Shown piece by piece: positions 1 to 11,285 of a DNA stretch of 44,041 bases; position 1 is the first letter of the stretch; every line of letters begins with the position of its first letter. This DNA is from Octopus bimaculoides (Eukaryota). The notes beneath the pieces were generated by a model, which was not told where the DNA came from, did no database searches, and saw only the letters and a list, made by a program, of their open reading frames with translations. The stretch spans positions 102,998,450 to 103,042,490 of the forward strand of contig NC_068981.1 of the NCBI RefSeq assembly GCF_001194135.2, read 5' to 3'. The position numbers and the translations under genes are program-made.

Positions 1-1034
<1,034 letters not shown>

Positions 1035-1045
1035 AGAAGGAAACG

Positions 1046-1295
1046 TTTGATGTATTTCAGCAAGGGTTTCAGTAGGATATATAGAAAATTGCTTAGGTGG
1101 TGGGTTTCACATGCTGTGCCAGCTATAATATCTTTTAACTTTAAGTCTTCTGGTGCTAGGATATTTATGTATTTGCCTGGTGATTGTTTGCAGGCTTCAT
1201 TAAGTATCTTGCTCTTGCGTAATTTAGGTAGGCCGTATAAAAGATTAGGCTTACTTTTAAAGTTCGTGATCTAATTTATTCCTTTTTGTTTCAGG
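1046..1295 (-). mobile_element. Inverted 5' segment of a Penelope-like element (RT N-terminal part)
   Basis: Minus strand reads ITNFKSKPNLLYGLPKLRKSK..LKLKDIIAGTACETHHLSNFLYILLKPLLKYIK. This is the PLE RT region (YGLPK.HK / RPII) immediately upstream of the plus-strand segment. Confidence 0.88.
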
Positions 1296-1306
1296 CCTTT
1301 TCCATG

Positions 1307-2370
1307 GAAACCCTTGCTGAAATACATCAAAAGTTTCATTAGAGACGATCTAGACATGCTTGAGCACCTACTAAAAACAACTAACGAAGAGACATTATTG
1401 GTTTTCTTCGATGTTATTCATCTTTACACTAACATTCCACATGGCTATGGAATAGAAGCAATAAAATTCTGGCTGGAAAAGTATCCTGAAGCAATTCCGG
1501 AACGCATAAACCAGGTTTTTGTGACCAGGCACCTACTATCGTCAAAAATGCGGAATTGCGATGGCAACGAAAGCAGCCCCTATTCTTGCGAACGAATAAT
1601 GAGATATTTTGAATTCATCATATATAAAGTATCACTGCAAAAATATGTAAATCCATTTCTCCATTATAGAAGGAAGAACTGGAAAAGATGCATGGATGAC
1701 TGCTTTGTCATTTGGAAAGAAACCATTGATAAACTTTTGGAATTTAAATCAATACTAAATAATATAAACCCTAACAATCAATTTGCAATGGAATATAACA
1801 AAGAACAGATCCCTTTATTGGATATTATGATAAAAAAAAGTCAACAACCAAATTATAACTGACATTTATCCTAAACCAACGGACTCGAAGCAGTATTTCC
1901 TATTTCGCTCATGCCACCCGAAGCACATCAAGAGAAATATCCCCTTTAATTTAGCAAAAAGGATTTGTACAATAGTGTTTGATGAAAATACTCGGGACCT
2001 TCGTCTTCAAGACCTCAGAACAATACTAACTGAAAGACAATACCCACCCTCACTTATAGATGATGGGATTAAGCGTGCTAAGAAATTAGGCATTAAAACA
2101 CTAGGGGTAACGAAATGTGACACCCCACCTCATCTCAAAATACTACCGTATATATATGAACTCACAATCCTAGAAACAATGAGGCATGCAACACTACTGT
2201 TCACGATCTAACATTTTGAAAACATAAATTCATCAAATGCAAAAGTCTTTGAAAAGACTTCTAACAAAAGCGAAGATTACACAACAACTACGAAACCAAT
2301 GGTTGAAAAATGTGGACGCCCAAACTGTGAAACATGCTCCAAACTTCTGAAATGCTCGGAATTAACCAGC
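1307..2370 (+). mobile_element. Decayed Penelope-like retroelement: RT, thumb and Cys-rich linker; GIY-YIG domain missing
   Basis: Motifs FDVIHLYTNIP, GIAMATKAAP (alternative frame), WKRCMDDCFVIW, IPLLDIMI, DIYPKPTDSKQY..SCHPKHIKRNIPFNLAKRICTIV, and CGRPNCETC near 2310-2340. Frameshifts and stops are present. Confidence 0.93.
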
Positions 2371-2780
2371 TGAGCATGTCCCTTAGTGGCTGACGATATG
2401 TGTATCTCTGATCACGAGCAGAAGTAGTGGGGAGCATCATAGCCATGTGTTGAGAAGAATTCTTTTAGGTTTGGACATTTCACCTTTGGAAACATGGATG
2501 TTTTGTTCAACATCCTTAAACGACCCTTATTCAGGGACCTTTTGAGCAAGATGGCCTACTCGACCAGAAAAAAAATTCTAACTGGGCCGCATCTGAAAGG
2601 TCATGCACTGTTTATCTTGATGAAATCACCATGTCGCACACATATTGTTGTGATGCATCTGCCTGCTGCACCCTTATCAGACAGTAGTCATGATGCGTAT
2701 ATTGGGCTTCGTATATTTTATCCCAGTGTCACTTTGGTGGCATGCATTGCTCTCTCACTCAATAATGATAATACTTTAGT
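2371..2780 (+). repeat. Probable interspersed retroposon-derived repeat ending in a degenerate (AAT)n tail
   Basis: Abrupt break from the PLE and an end at CTCACTCAATAATGATAAT. It resembles a high-copy Octopus repeat as I recall it (not verified). Single copy in this window. Confidence 0.45.
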
Positions 2781-3099
2781 AACCAATTTGAATGTAGCTC
2801 AACATATAACCGAAAAAAAGCAACATGGCTGAAGATGACATTTTTTCGACCAGAGGATTTAGTGGTTAAGAACAGACTTGGAGCTGAAGAAAATATCAAC
2901 GCATTGATGTAGCTGTATGACTGATGACATACATATATTTTATCTGCTAATATAATACATTAAATCAATTACAAACAAAATATTTTTTTGATTTTCTTTG
3001 TGTGTAATTGATTTATTATTTTCTTTTCTTTTCTTTTAAATTTAATGCCTCGGAATCTGTTCCACTAATGAATTAAAAGTGTTATTAACACATACTCAC

Positions 3100-3164
3100 C
3101 GTAAAGGAGAAAGTGTTCGCCAGTGACAAATGCATCAGGGATTACGACGCTTGTTTCTTCGAAT
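3100..3164 (-). CDS. Candidate 65-nt internal coding exon of an unknown gene (FEETSVVIPDAFVTGEHFLLY)
   Basis: Pyrimidine-rich acceptor (ctttcttaatacatttcggcag) and consensus donor G|GTGAGTATGT. Exactly one of three frames is open. No homology recognised. Confidence 0.4.
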
Positions 3165-3556
3165 CTGCCGAAATGTATTAAGAAAGATATATGCAAATCA
3201 TCATTTCGATTCTCGTTCCTCACCGTGCAAATAGCGATGTGGTATGTGGTCGGTTAGCATATATCAGCACGTTCAGAGAATAGATGGTTTGCTGAAATTA
3301 TAAACAAGGCCATCAGTTCTCGTTAGATTCGTTGGCCCGGGTACTTCTGGCTGGGGATACACAACATATTAAAACACCGTTTTCCCACCATCCCTTGCAC
3401 TAATTGAGTGCTTTATGAACACACTGTCATCGTAAAAGAGGAGCCGTACTCCTGTGAGGTTTAGATTAATTATATTCGAATCTACCGGAATATATTAAGA
3501 ATATGTGCTGTGCAAATAACGATTTACTACTTAAATTATTATTAGCGTGAAAGGAA

Positions 3557-3722
3557 AGGGGGTGAGCTGGCAGAATCGTTAGCACCCCGGACAAAATGCT
3601 TAGCAGCATTTCGTTCTGCCTTTCATCGTTTCGGGGTCGATAAAATAAGTGCCACTTGAGCTCTGGGGTCGATGTATTCGACTTGCCACCTCCCCCGAAA
3701 TTGCTGGCCTTGAAATCAATAT
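3557..3722 (+). mobile_element. tRNA-derived SINE, family A (internal deletion removes the B box)
   Basis: GAGCTGGCAGAATCGTTAGC head and GCCTTTCATC..GGGGTCGATAAAATAAGT central block, shared with the copies at 9252, 11110, 13582, 22606 and 42381. Confidence 0.85.
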
Positions 3723-4943
3723 TAGTCCGAAAAGTGTTGTTGATGACCGAGTATATATATATATATATATATNNNNNNNNNNNNNNNNNNNNNNNNNNNN
3801 NNNNNNNNNNNNNNNNNNNNNNNNNNNNNNNNNNNNNNNNNNNNNNNNNNNNNNNNNNNNNNNNNNNNNNNNNNNNNNNNNNNNNNNNNNNNNNNNNNNN
3901 NNNNNNNNNNNNNNNNNNNNNNNNNNNNNNNNNNNNNNNNNNNNNNNNNNNNNNNGTGGATCATAGATATTGTTGTTTTTCGTACGACACACCACAAATC
4001 CAAATTGGCAGAAAGACAATTCAAATAATGAAATGATTTTAAAGGTGGCATCAAGAAAATAATGCTGATATTTCTAAAAATTGTATTTGCGCTTAATGTA
4101 ATATCTATTAAACTTTATACTCAAGTGTTTATCGTGTTTTCGTGTATAATGCTTGTCGTATGCTAATTAAGCATGTTTCTATTCGAAATTCATAAAAGGA
4201 ATGAACAATTTTCAACACACAATTAAACTCTCTTTCTCCCCCTATTTCTCTTTCTGCCTGAAGAAGAAAAAACAGCCATATCAATGTACAACATCAAATG
4301 CTCACTATCCAACTATACATATCAACGAAAACCGTGATGGTGATTATAAAAGGAAGGAACTTTGTGAAACTTTAGTCTAGGTTAAGAAAAGTAGACAGTC
4401 ACGAAACTAAATATATTGTTCACTTGCAAGCTGTTATGAGAAACGGAGCAGTTGCATTGATCAACTGACTGACATATTGTTATAATATTTATTATTCTGG
4501 ATTTTGAAAGCATATTATCAAAGAACGCAATTGAAATCAAGTATGGCATAGGGAAACATCAGGCAATACGTAATTAACCTAAGGTTTCACTTTGTCAAAA
4601 ACAGTTTCTTTCGGTATTATTAATCCGCCATACCTTTTGTAACTGAAGAACTATATTTAAAAAAGAAATCTGTCTGAAGTTACTGTTCCCAACAGCAAAC
4701 GGAATTATTTTATTTCTCGAATTTTATTTTATTTTTTTTTCTCGTGTGTGCCAATACACCATTACTAGTTTTCCGCAGAGTCTAGGCTTTAATTTTCACA
4801 TTTTAAAGAAAGATTTGGTTTCTTTAGAATGACTTGCTCGGTGGACGAATACATGAACACAGTATATTCTAGACAGAATATTTTTTAAAATTTAGATAAA
4901 TCAAAATTTATTGTTAAATGTCTAAATAACAACTTTATAGTAA

Positions 4944-4993
<50 letters not shown>

Positions 4994-5499
4994 TTGATTA
5001 TGGATATATATATATATATGTGCATGATCAGCGAGTCTGAAGATCATAATAGAAGATGAAACTTAAATGTGCGATTAAAGATAAATGAAATTAGTTCAGA
5101 GTAATTAGCATGAACCTTGTTTGAAATCAAATAAATTGGTAATAACAAAATTCTTTTTCGTTCTTTGTTTTTGATTTTCCTGGAAATAAGAAATACTTCT
5201 GGCGACTTTTTTACTAGTACCCCCCACCACCACCATTACCGAAGAAATTTAACGTAATTTATTACGATACTCTAAAATCTGTTTCCAATAATAGGCAAAT
5301 GAACTACTAAATGCAAAATTTAATTTGGCAGTAATTAAGTGTATTGTGGGAGGTTAGGGATTCTTCTCTTCCCTTTAATTACTAACGAAAACTTTTGTAA
5401 AATTGAATGATTTTGAGTAAAGTGAGGATTAAATGAGATCTCTTTCCCATTTCTCTCTCTATACACACACACACATGCTTATATATATGTATATGTATT

Positions 5500-5542
<43 letters not shown>

Positions 5543-6984
5543 ATTCCCTCTGCTGTGCACAGATTGCATTCTTTTGATTTGTTTGTTTGTGGTTTTGGTA
5601 TTCTTTTTATCAGCTAAGGTAAATGCATCAAATAAACCACTCCAGTTGATTATGCAGATGTGAAGAATCTTGGGCATTAGCTTAAGCATGTCACATAGAA
5701 TCAAGCTGATGTCAACTCAAACACACGAAAACTGATGTCCGGCAAAAATGTTTCATTGGTATGAGCAAAGGCGGATTCAAAAAAAGAATAATTGGATACA
5801 CATAATTTCGATTTGCAGCTGACTGACAACCACGATTGAATGACAAGCACGATAGATCGTGCGGCAAAAATATTTTCTGATATTTAATGCCTGTTACATT
5901 TTCAGGTTCAAATTCCGCCGAGGTCAGCTTTGCTCTCCGAGTCGATTTCTCATAGCAGATAGAACTAGGCGAGCTGGGCCGGGTGTGGAGAGCTAGTAGT
6001 TGAAAATGAAGCGGGCTAATCGGTTTTAAACTTTACAGCCACAGTAAAGGAAGAAGAATTAAATAGGTTCGAGTTATTTCGTCTACTCATTAGTAAAGAT
6101 ATGTGGACTCTACCTCTAAAAATTTACCGTTACTGTTGTGGGAATGAGTCTGGTCTTTGTCAATTTTAGCATGACTGATTTAATTCAGTTACACTGGTGC
6201 CTCAGCTTTCTTCAAGTAACAAACTATAGCTGAGTATCCCGAACGTATCTTCCATGTGCTTCTTAACTGGTTCTTTTAAAACAATGCTGAAGAAAACTAA
6301 CGAGAGCTACAGCAACGGAACTTAAATTCATAGAGTCAGGAAGTACTGTATATTAGCTACCACTTTCACATTTCGTACGCAAAACTCCCAAAGACTAACT
6401 ATGGCATTAATAATAACTATGGCTAATGTTGCACGCATATGTTCTTCTTTAGTCTGGAGTGGAGCTTTGGATACTATTTCTAACAGGTGAAGCAACTGTG
6501 TGTAGAGGCTCCTTTCATTTGCTTGAAACGAACACTATTTTTACTCTCCGTATCCAGCCAGTGATTGAAAGGAGGTAAACAGAGGAATAAGACATAATTT
6601 TCCAACAGTGTAACACAAAGACCTAGTTTCCAGTAATGCGTCAGTGCTCTTCTAATCATAACAGATTGGCACGTTATTAGCTTCGGTTAGATTCTCTGAT
6701 CCAAGGCATGTGTTTTACAACGTCTTAATACTTAATTTAAAAGACACTATATTGGGTGACTTCTTTAATGAATAATAGGGGCCGATATCTCATGGAATTT
6801 AAATTATCAGCACTAGATCTAGCTGCAAGGCTTACTTCTTTTTCAGGGGAGAAAAACCGACACTAATTACTTCGTTCTGAATAGGAGTCACTTGGGAAAT
6901 ATACTTGCCTGTTGTTTTTGTTGTTATTATGCATACATACACACACATACGCACACACATTGTGTGTGTGTATGTGTGTGTGTG

Positions 6985-7032
<48 letters not shown>

Positions 7033-7095
7033 AGATGTACACACACACACACACACACACACACGTATATATATATATGTACGTACATATATACA

Positions 7096-7178
<83 letters not shown>

Positions 7179-8164
7179 TTGTATATATGTGTGTGTGTGT
7201 GTTTTCCTTCATATTTGCATATAAATAGAACTGGTGAATAAAATACTCTGAAGAGATCATTTACAGTGCTTGCGTATATGTATTCATGTATATATGCAAA
7301 TGTGCGTGCGTCCGTACTTGTGCATGTGTGTATGTTCGTATGCGTGTGCATGTGTTTATGCGTATGCTTTTGTGTGTTTATGTACGCGTTTGGTCAATAA
7401 GGATAATCATTAATAGATTTCTAGCTCTGATTACAAGGAGATGAATTAATTGGTAATTAAGACGTTTTGCTACAATGTCTCAATGTTCCATCATTGGAAA
7501 TGAATTTCTCACGTTACTCCTTCCACTAACTGAAAATATTTAATTATTTAAAAGAGCAGTGCAGATTAACCAGAGAGTAGAGCAACGCGCTATGCATCAT
7601 ACAATATTTAGTTTTGAGTGTCATACCATCGAACCATTAAGCATGAAATAAACTCTCGGCAGGTCGAGGAGATCTAAGTAATACAAATTTACTTCACTTC
7701 GTCATTAATACTAAACATCATATCTCACCTTCACATCAAAACAGTGGCCCTTAAATGATGTCCCACGAGGAAGAGTATCTAGGTGCACTGAATTAAAAAA
7801 AAAAAATTTATAACTTTAGAAAAGCCAGTCTATTGGTTGAATGTTTCGAAAAACAGACTACTGTAAATTTTCTCTAATCCGGTACTCTAGTAACCGGAAC
7901 ACTCAAGCAACCGGCTCCCAGAGCAAAAGACAAAGAAAAGAAAAGAATATGAGTTGTTATTTAGAATTTGTGCTATTTCCTGTTAACTAATTAATTGTCA
8001 TTACAAGAAAGTTTCTACTCCTTTTCAAATGGAACGTTATTTCTCAAAGTTCTGTACAATATCAGAACAAAATCGTTACGAAAGATCATATCTCGCAGTT
8101 TGCAAAAACGTCATGTTTTCGTGAATCTATAGAAGCAATAGTTTCCACGTGGTTGTTTAGTCTG

Positions 8165-8215
8165 GTAGAAATAACAGCCCAATCACCCTCAAAATTAAAC
8201 CCTACTGTATTAAAA
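8165..8215 (+). repeat. Fragment of an old degenerate SINE-like family (E)
   Basis: TAGAAATAACAGCCCAATCACCCTCAAAATTAAACCCTACTGT aligns with motifs at about 20582, 39770, 40008 and 40220. Confidence 0.55.
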
Positions 8216-8234
8216 AAAAAATTGAAAAGCACAT

Positions 8235-8520
8235 ACGTGCAGGCGTGGCTGTGTAAGTGAGCAGTTCGCTTACCAACCTCAGGTCTATCAAAAGCTTGTG
8301 AGTGGATTAGGTAGACGGTAACTGAAAAGAACCTGTCGTGAATATATGTGTGTCTTTGTGTTTCTCCTCCATAACCTCTTGATAACCAACGCTGTTCTGT
8401 TTACGGCCACGTAACTTAGCGGTCCGACAAATAAAGAGCTAGGGTAAATACCTGGCCTATAAAAATAAGTATTGGAGTCAATTCCTTCGACCATTTAAGG
8501 TGGTGCCCCAATATGGCCAT
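8235..8520 (+). mobile_element. tRNA-derived SINE, family B (internally deleted)
   Basis: GTGGCTGTGT head, TTGTGAGTGGATT.GGTAGACGG.AACTGAAA block and GTAACTTAGCGG block, shared with many other copies in the window. Confidence 0.85.
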
Positions 8521-8860
8521 AGACGTATGTATGTGTGTGCTTGTATGTATGTGTGTGTATGTGTATGTGTGTATGTATGTGTGTGTATGAATGTGTGTGT
8601 GTGTATGCATGTACTTATGCATGTGTGTATGTATGTGTGTATGTATGTGTGTGTATGTGTGTGTATGTGTGTGTATGTATGTATGAATGTATGTGTGTAT
8701 GTTTGTATGTGTGTATATGTGTATGTGTGTGCATGTATATATGTGTGTATGTATGTATGACTGTATATATGAGTGTATGTATGTATGTATGAATGTACGT
8801 ATGTATGTATGTATGTATGTATGTATGTATGTATGTATGTATGAATGTATATGTGAGTAT
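8521..8860. repeat. (TG)n/(TATG)n compound microsatellite
   Basis: Directly visible. Confidence 0.9.
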
Positions 8861-9251
8861 CTTTGTGTCTCTGTGTTTGTGTGGTTTGTCATCCCCTCCG
8901 TTTGAGAACCAGTGTTAGTTTATTTACATTCCCGCAGAAGAGACTGATAGAATAACTACCAGACCTCAAAACTTGGGTTAATCTGTTCAACTAAACAGCA
9001 TGACTGCAGTTCACTGACTGAATCAATTAATAAAGATTAAAGATAAAAGTTGGACTTATATATCACAAAAATATAATGTCAGAAAAACAAGTACAAGACA
9101 AAATGATCGCAACTCGAACATCTTTTGTCGTAGGTTTACTTAAATCAGTGTTTCCCAGCCTATTTTCGCATAGGCCCCACTGTAAAAAAAATCTATGCTC
9201 CACTAATAGTTGGAAAAAAACAACTTTATTTTTAAATATTTTATCACAGTT

Positions 9252-9470
9252 AAGGCAGCGAGCTGGCAGAATCGTTAAGACGCCGGGCAAAATGCTTAGC
9301 GGCATTTCGTCCGTCTTCATGTTCTGGGTTGAAATTCCGCCGGGGTTGTCTCTGACTTCCATCCTTTCGGTGTAGGTAACATAAGAACCAGTTGAGTACA
9401 GGAGTCAATATAATCGACTTATCTTATTCCCCGAAATTGCTGGCCTTGTACCAAAATTTGAAACCAATAT
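9252..9470 (+). mobile_element. tRNA-derived SINE, family A, near full length
   Basis: GGCAGCGAGCTGGCAGAATCGTT head, B-box-like GGGTTGAAATTCC, and tail CCCGAAATTGCTGGCCTTGTACCAAAATTTGAAACC. Confidence 0.9.
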
Positions 9471-9642
9471 TCTATTAGAATTATTTGATACAAAAGAACC
9501 GACAGGTAGCTCTTTCGTTAAGTACTGAGTACAAAAACAAAGGAAGTACATTATTGACTAAGAATATAAAAAAGTCACTTTGACGAGAACCTTGTGCATA
9601 GCGACTACGGCGTCACGCCCTACCACAATTTTCCCAAGCCCC

Positions 9643-9804
9643 TGTTGTGTCGACGTCCCCAGGCGAAGAAGTAGATCTCCCAAGACATAAATAGAGGTAG
9701 TCTGGCCGTGGTAGGAGTGTTGAGTAGCATTCGAGTAGCAGTTGTGTAGCGGTTGAGTAGAGATCATCCGAAGGTGCTAGATAGCAGTAGCTTGAGACAT
9801 AACA
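9643..9804. mobile_element. Solo-LTR-like element (162 bp) with 5-bp TSD GCCCC
   Basis: Termini TGTTGTGTC...GACATAACA form an imperfect inverted repeat. GCCCC lies at 9638-9642 and 9805-9809. A second homologous copy is at 18632-18790. Confidence 0.85.
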
Positions 9805-10260
9805 GCCCCATCGGTGGGGAATCAATGGCTTAAATAGACCAGATCTGTTGAGAACAACACTGAACAAATCAAGCAACAACTACAATAACGATAATAATTG
9901 TAGGATATATGGTTTCAATGTGCTCGAATTACTTTTCTTACACAACTCGAGTTTCTATGAAATAATTATATCGATTATAAAATCTGTAATCGAAAGTCGG
10001 TGTTTTATTATAGTTGATTGATACATGCCGTGGGAATGGTTTTGAAGTTGATTGCGACATTAATCAAATCTAATTATATATACGTTTATGGAAATTATGG
10101 AGTTCTTATTTATTCCTCTCTGATTCATTTGTTTATTCGAATGTTTATATATTTATTTATTTTTGTTCAACTGCAAATCCAGCAGAAATAAAATTAACAC
10201 CCAAGCTTTAGTCGATTTGAAAGCATTGACTCAAATATTCAAATATATATATATACATAC

Positions 10261-10291
<31 letters not shown>

Positions 10292-10773
10292 NNNNNNNNN
10301 NNNNNNNNNNNNNNNNNNNNNNNNNNNNNNNNNNNNNNNNNNNNNNNNNNNNNNNNNNNNNNNNNNNNNNNNNNNNNNNNNNNNNNNNNNNNNNNNNNNN
10401 NNNNNNNNNNNNNNNNNNNNNNNNNNNNNNNNNNNNNNNNNNNNNNNNNNNNNNNNNNNNNNNNNNNNNNNNNNNNNNNNNNNNNNNNNNNNNNNNNNNN
10501 NNNNNNNNNNNNNNNNNNNNNNNNNNNNNNNNNNNNNNNNNNNNNNNNNNNNNNNNNNNNNNNNNNNNNNNNNNNNNNNNNNNNNNNNNNNNNNNNNNNN
10601 NNNNNNNNNNNNNNNNNNNNNNNNNNNNNNNNNNNNNNNNNNNNNNNNNNNNNNNNNNNNNNNNNNNNNNNNNNNNNNNNNNNNNNNNNNNNNNNNNNNN
10701 NNNNNNNNNNNNNNNNNNNNNNNNNNNNNNNNNNNNNNNNNNNNNNNNNNNNNNNNNNNNNNNNNNNNNNNNN

Positions 10774-10805
<32 letters not shown>

Positions 10806-10830
10806 GTTCAGGTCACTACGCCATATGCCC
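10774..10830 (-). mobile_element. Inverted, internally deleted copy of the adjacent HHR-SINE head
   Basis: The reverse complement reads GGGCATATGGCGTAGTG joined to ACCTGAACAATAATAAT, i.e. the SINE start fused to its post-tRNA segment. Confidence 0.75.
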
Positions 10831-10832
10831 AC

Positions 10833-11075
10833 GGGCATATGGCGTAGTGCTTAAGATCGCGGATTACTAACCCCAAGATTCCGAGTTCGATTCCAAGCAA
10901 TGACCTGAACAATAATAATAATAATAATGATGATGATAATAATATAACATCGAAAAACACCTTAGGAATGAGAACCCAGGTTCGAAATTTCCCCAAGACA
11001 CCTGAAGATGGCTGGAGGGTATATCAGCTGAAACGTTGTGTTAACAAAGAAGATGAGGACATATATCGGTCTAAT
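10833..11075 (+). mobile_element. tRNA-derived SINE whose 3' tail carries a Penelope-type hammerhead ribozyme
   Basis: A-box-like TGGCGTAGTGCTTAAG (10840-10855), anticodon-loop-like TTACTAA, B box GAGTTCGATTCC (10883-10894), an internal (AAT)n, then the HHR at 10997-11042 in the same orientation. Confidence 0.8.
10997..11042 (+). ncRNA. Minimal type-I hammerhead ribozyme (PLE-type, palindromic stem III)
   Basis: Stem I GACAC/GTGTT; core CTGAAGA (11002-11008) plus 1 nt; stem II GGCTG/CAGCT with a 10-nt loop; GAAA (11030-11033); palindromic ACGT; GUU triplet (11035-11037). Confidence 0.8.
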
Positions 11076-11109
11076 GTAAATAATTATTATTGTTGTTGTT
11101 ATTGTTATT

Positions 11110-11285
11110 AAGGCGGCGAGCTGGCAGATTCGTTACCGTCTTTACGCTCTGAGTTCAAATTTCGTCGAGGTCGACTTTGCCTTTCATACATGCGGGGTTA
11201 ATGAAACAAGTACCAGTCGAGTACTGGAGTCTACGTAATCGACTTACTTCCACACCACGAAATTACCAAAATCTGAAGTCATTAA
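11110..11285 (+). mobile_element. tRNA-derived SINE, family A (partial deletion)
   Basis: GGCGGCGAGCTGGCAGATTCGTT head, GAGTTCAAAT B box and GGTCGACTTTGCCTTTCAT block. Confidence 0.85.

Noticed and set aside
2494-2832. 112-aa plus ORF
   Set aside because: It lies in an interspersed repeat and has no recognisable domain.
6489-6890. Splice-like signals on both strands (plus 6489-6576 and acceptor at 6846; minus donor at 6835)
   Set aside because: They are mutually incompatible, short and without homology, consistent with chance.
7859-7915. Pogo/Tigger-like terminal motif with a CCGGT..ACCGG hairpin
   Set aside because: Only one degenerate end is visible; no second TIR or TSD.
9146-9225. hAT-like TIR start CAGTGTTTCCCAGCCT
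   Set aside because: The matching right TIR and TSD are not convincing.
10833-10900. Functional tRNA gene
   Set aside because: No acceptor stem and a disrupted anticodon stem; it continues into a SINE body.
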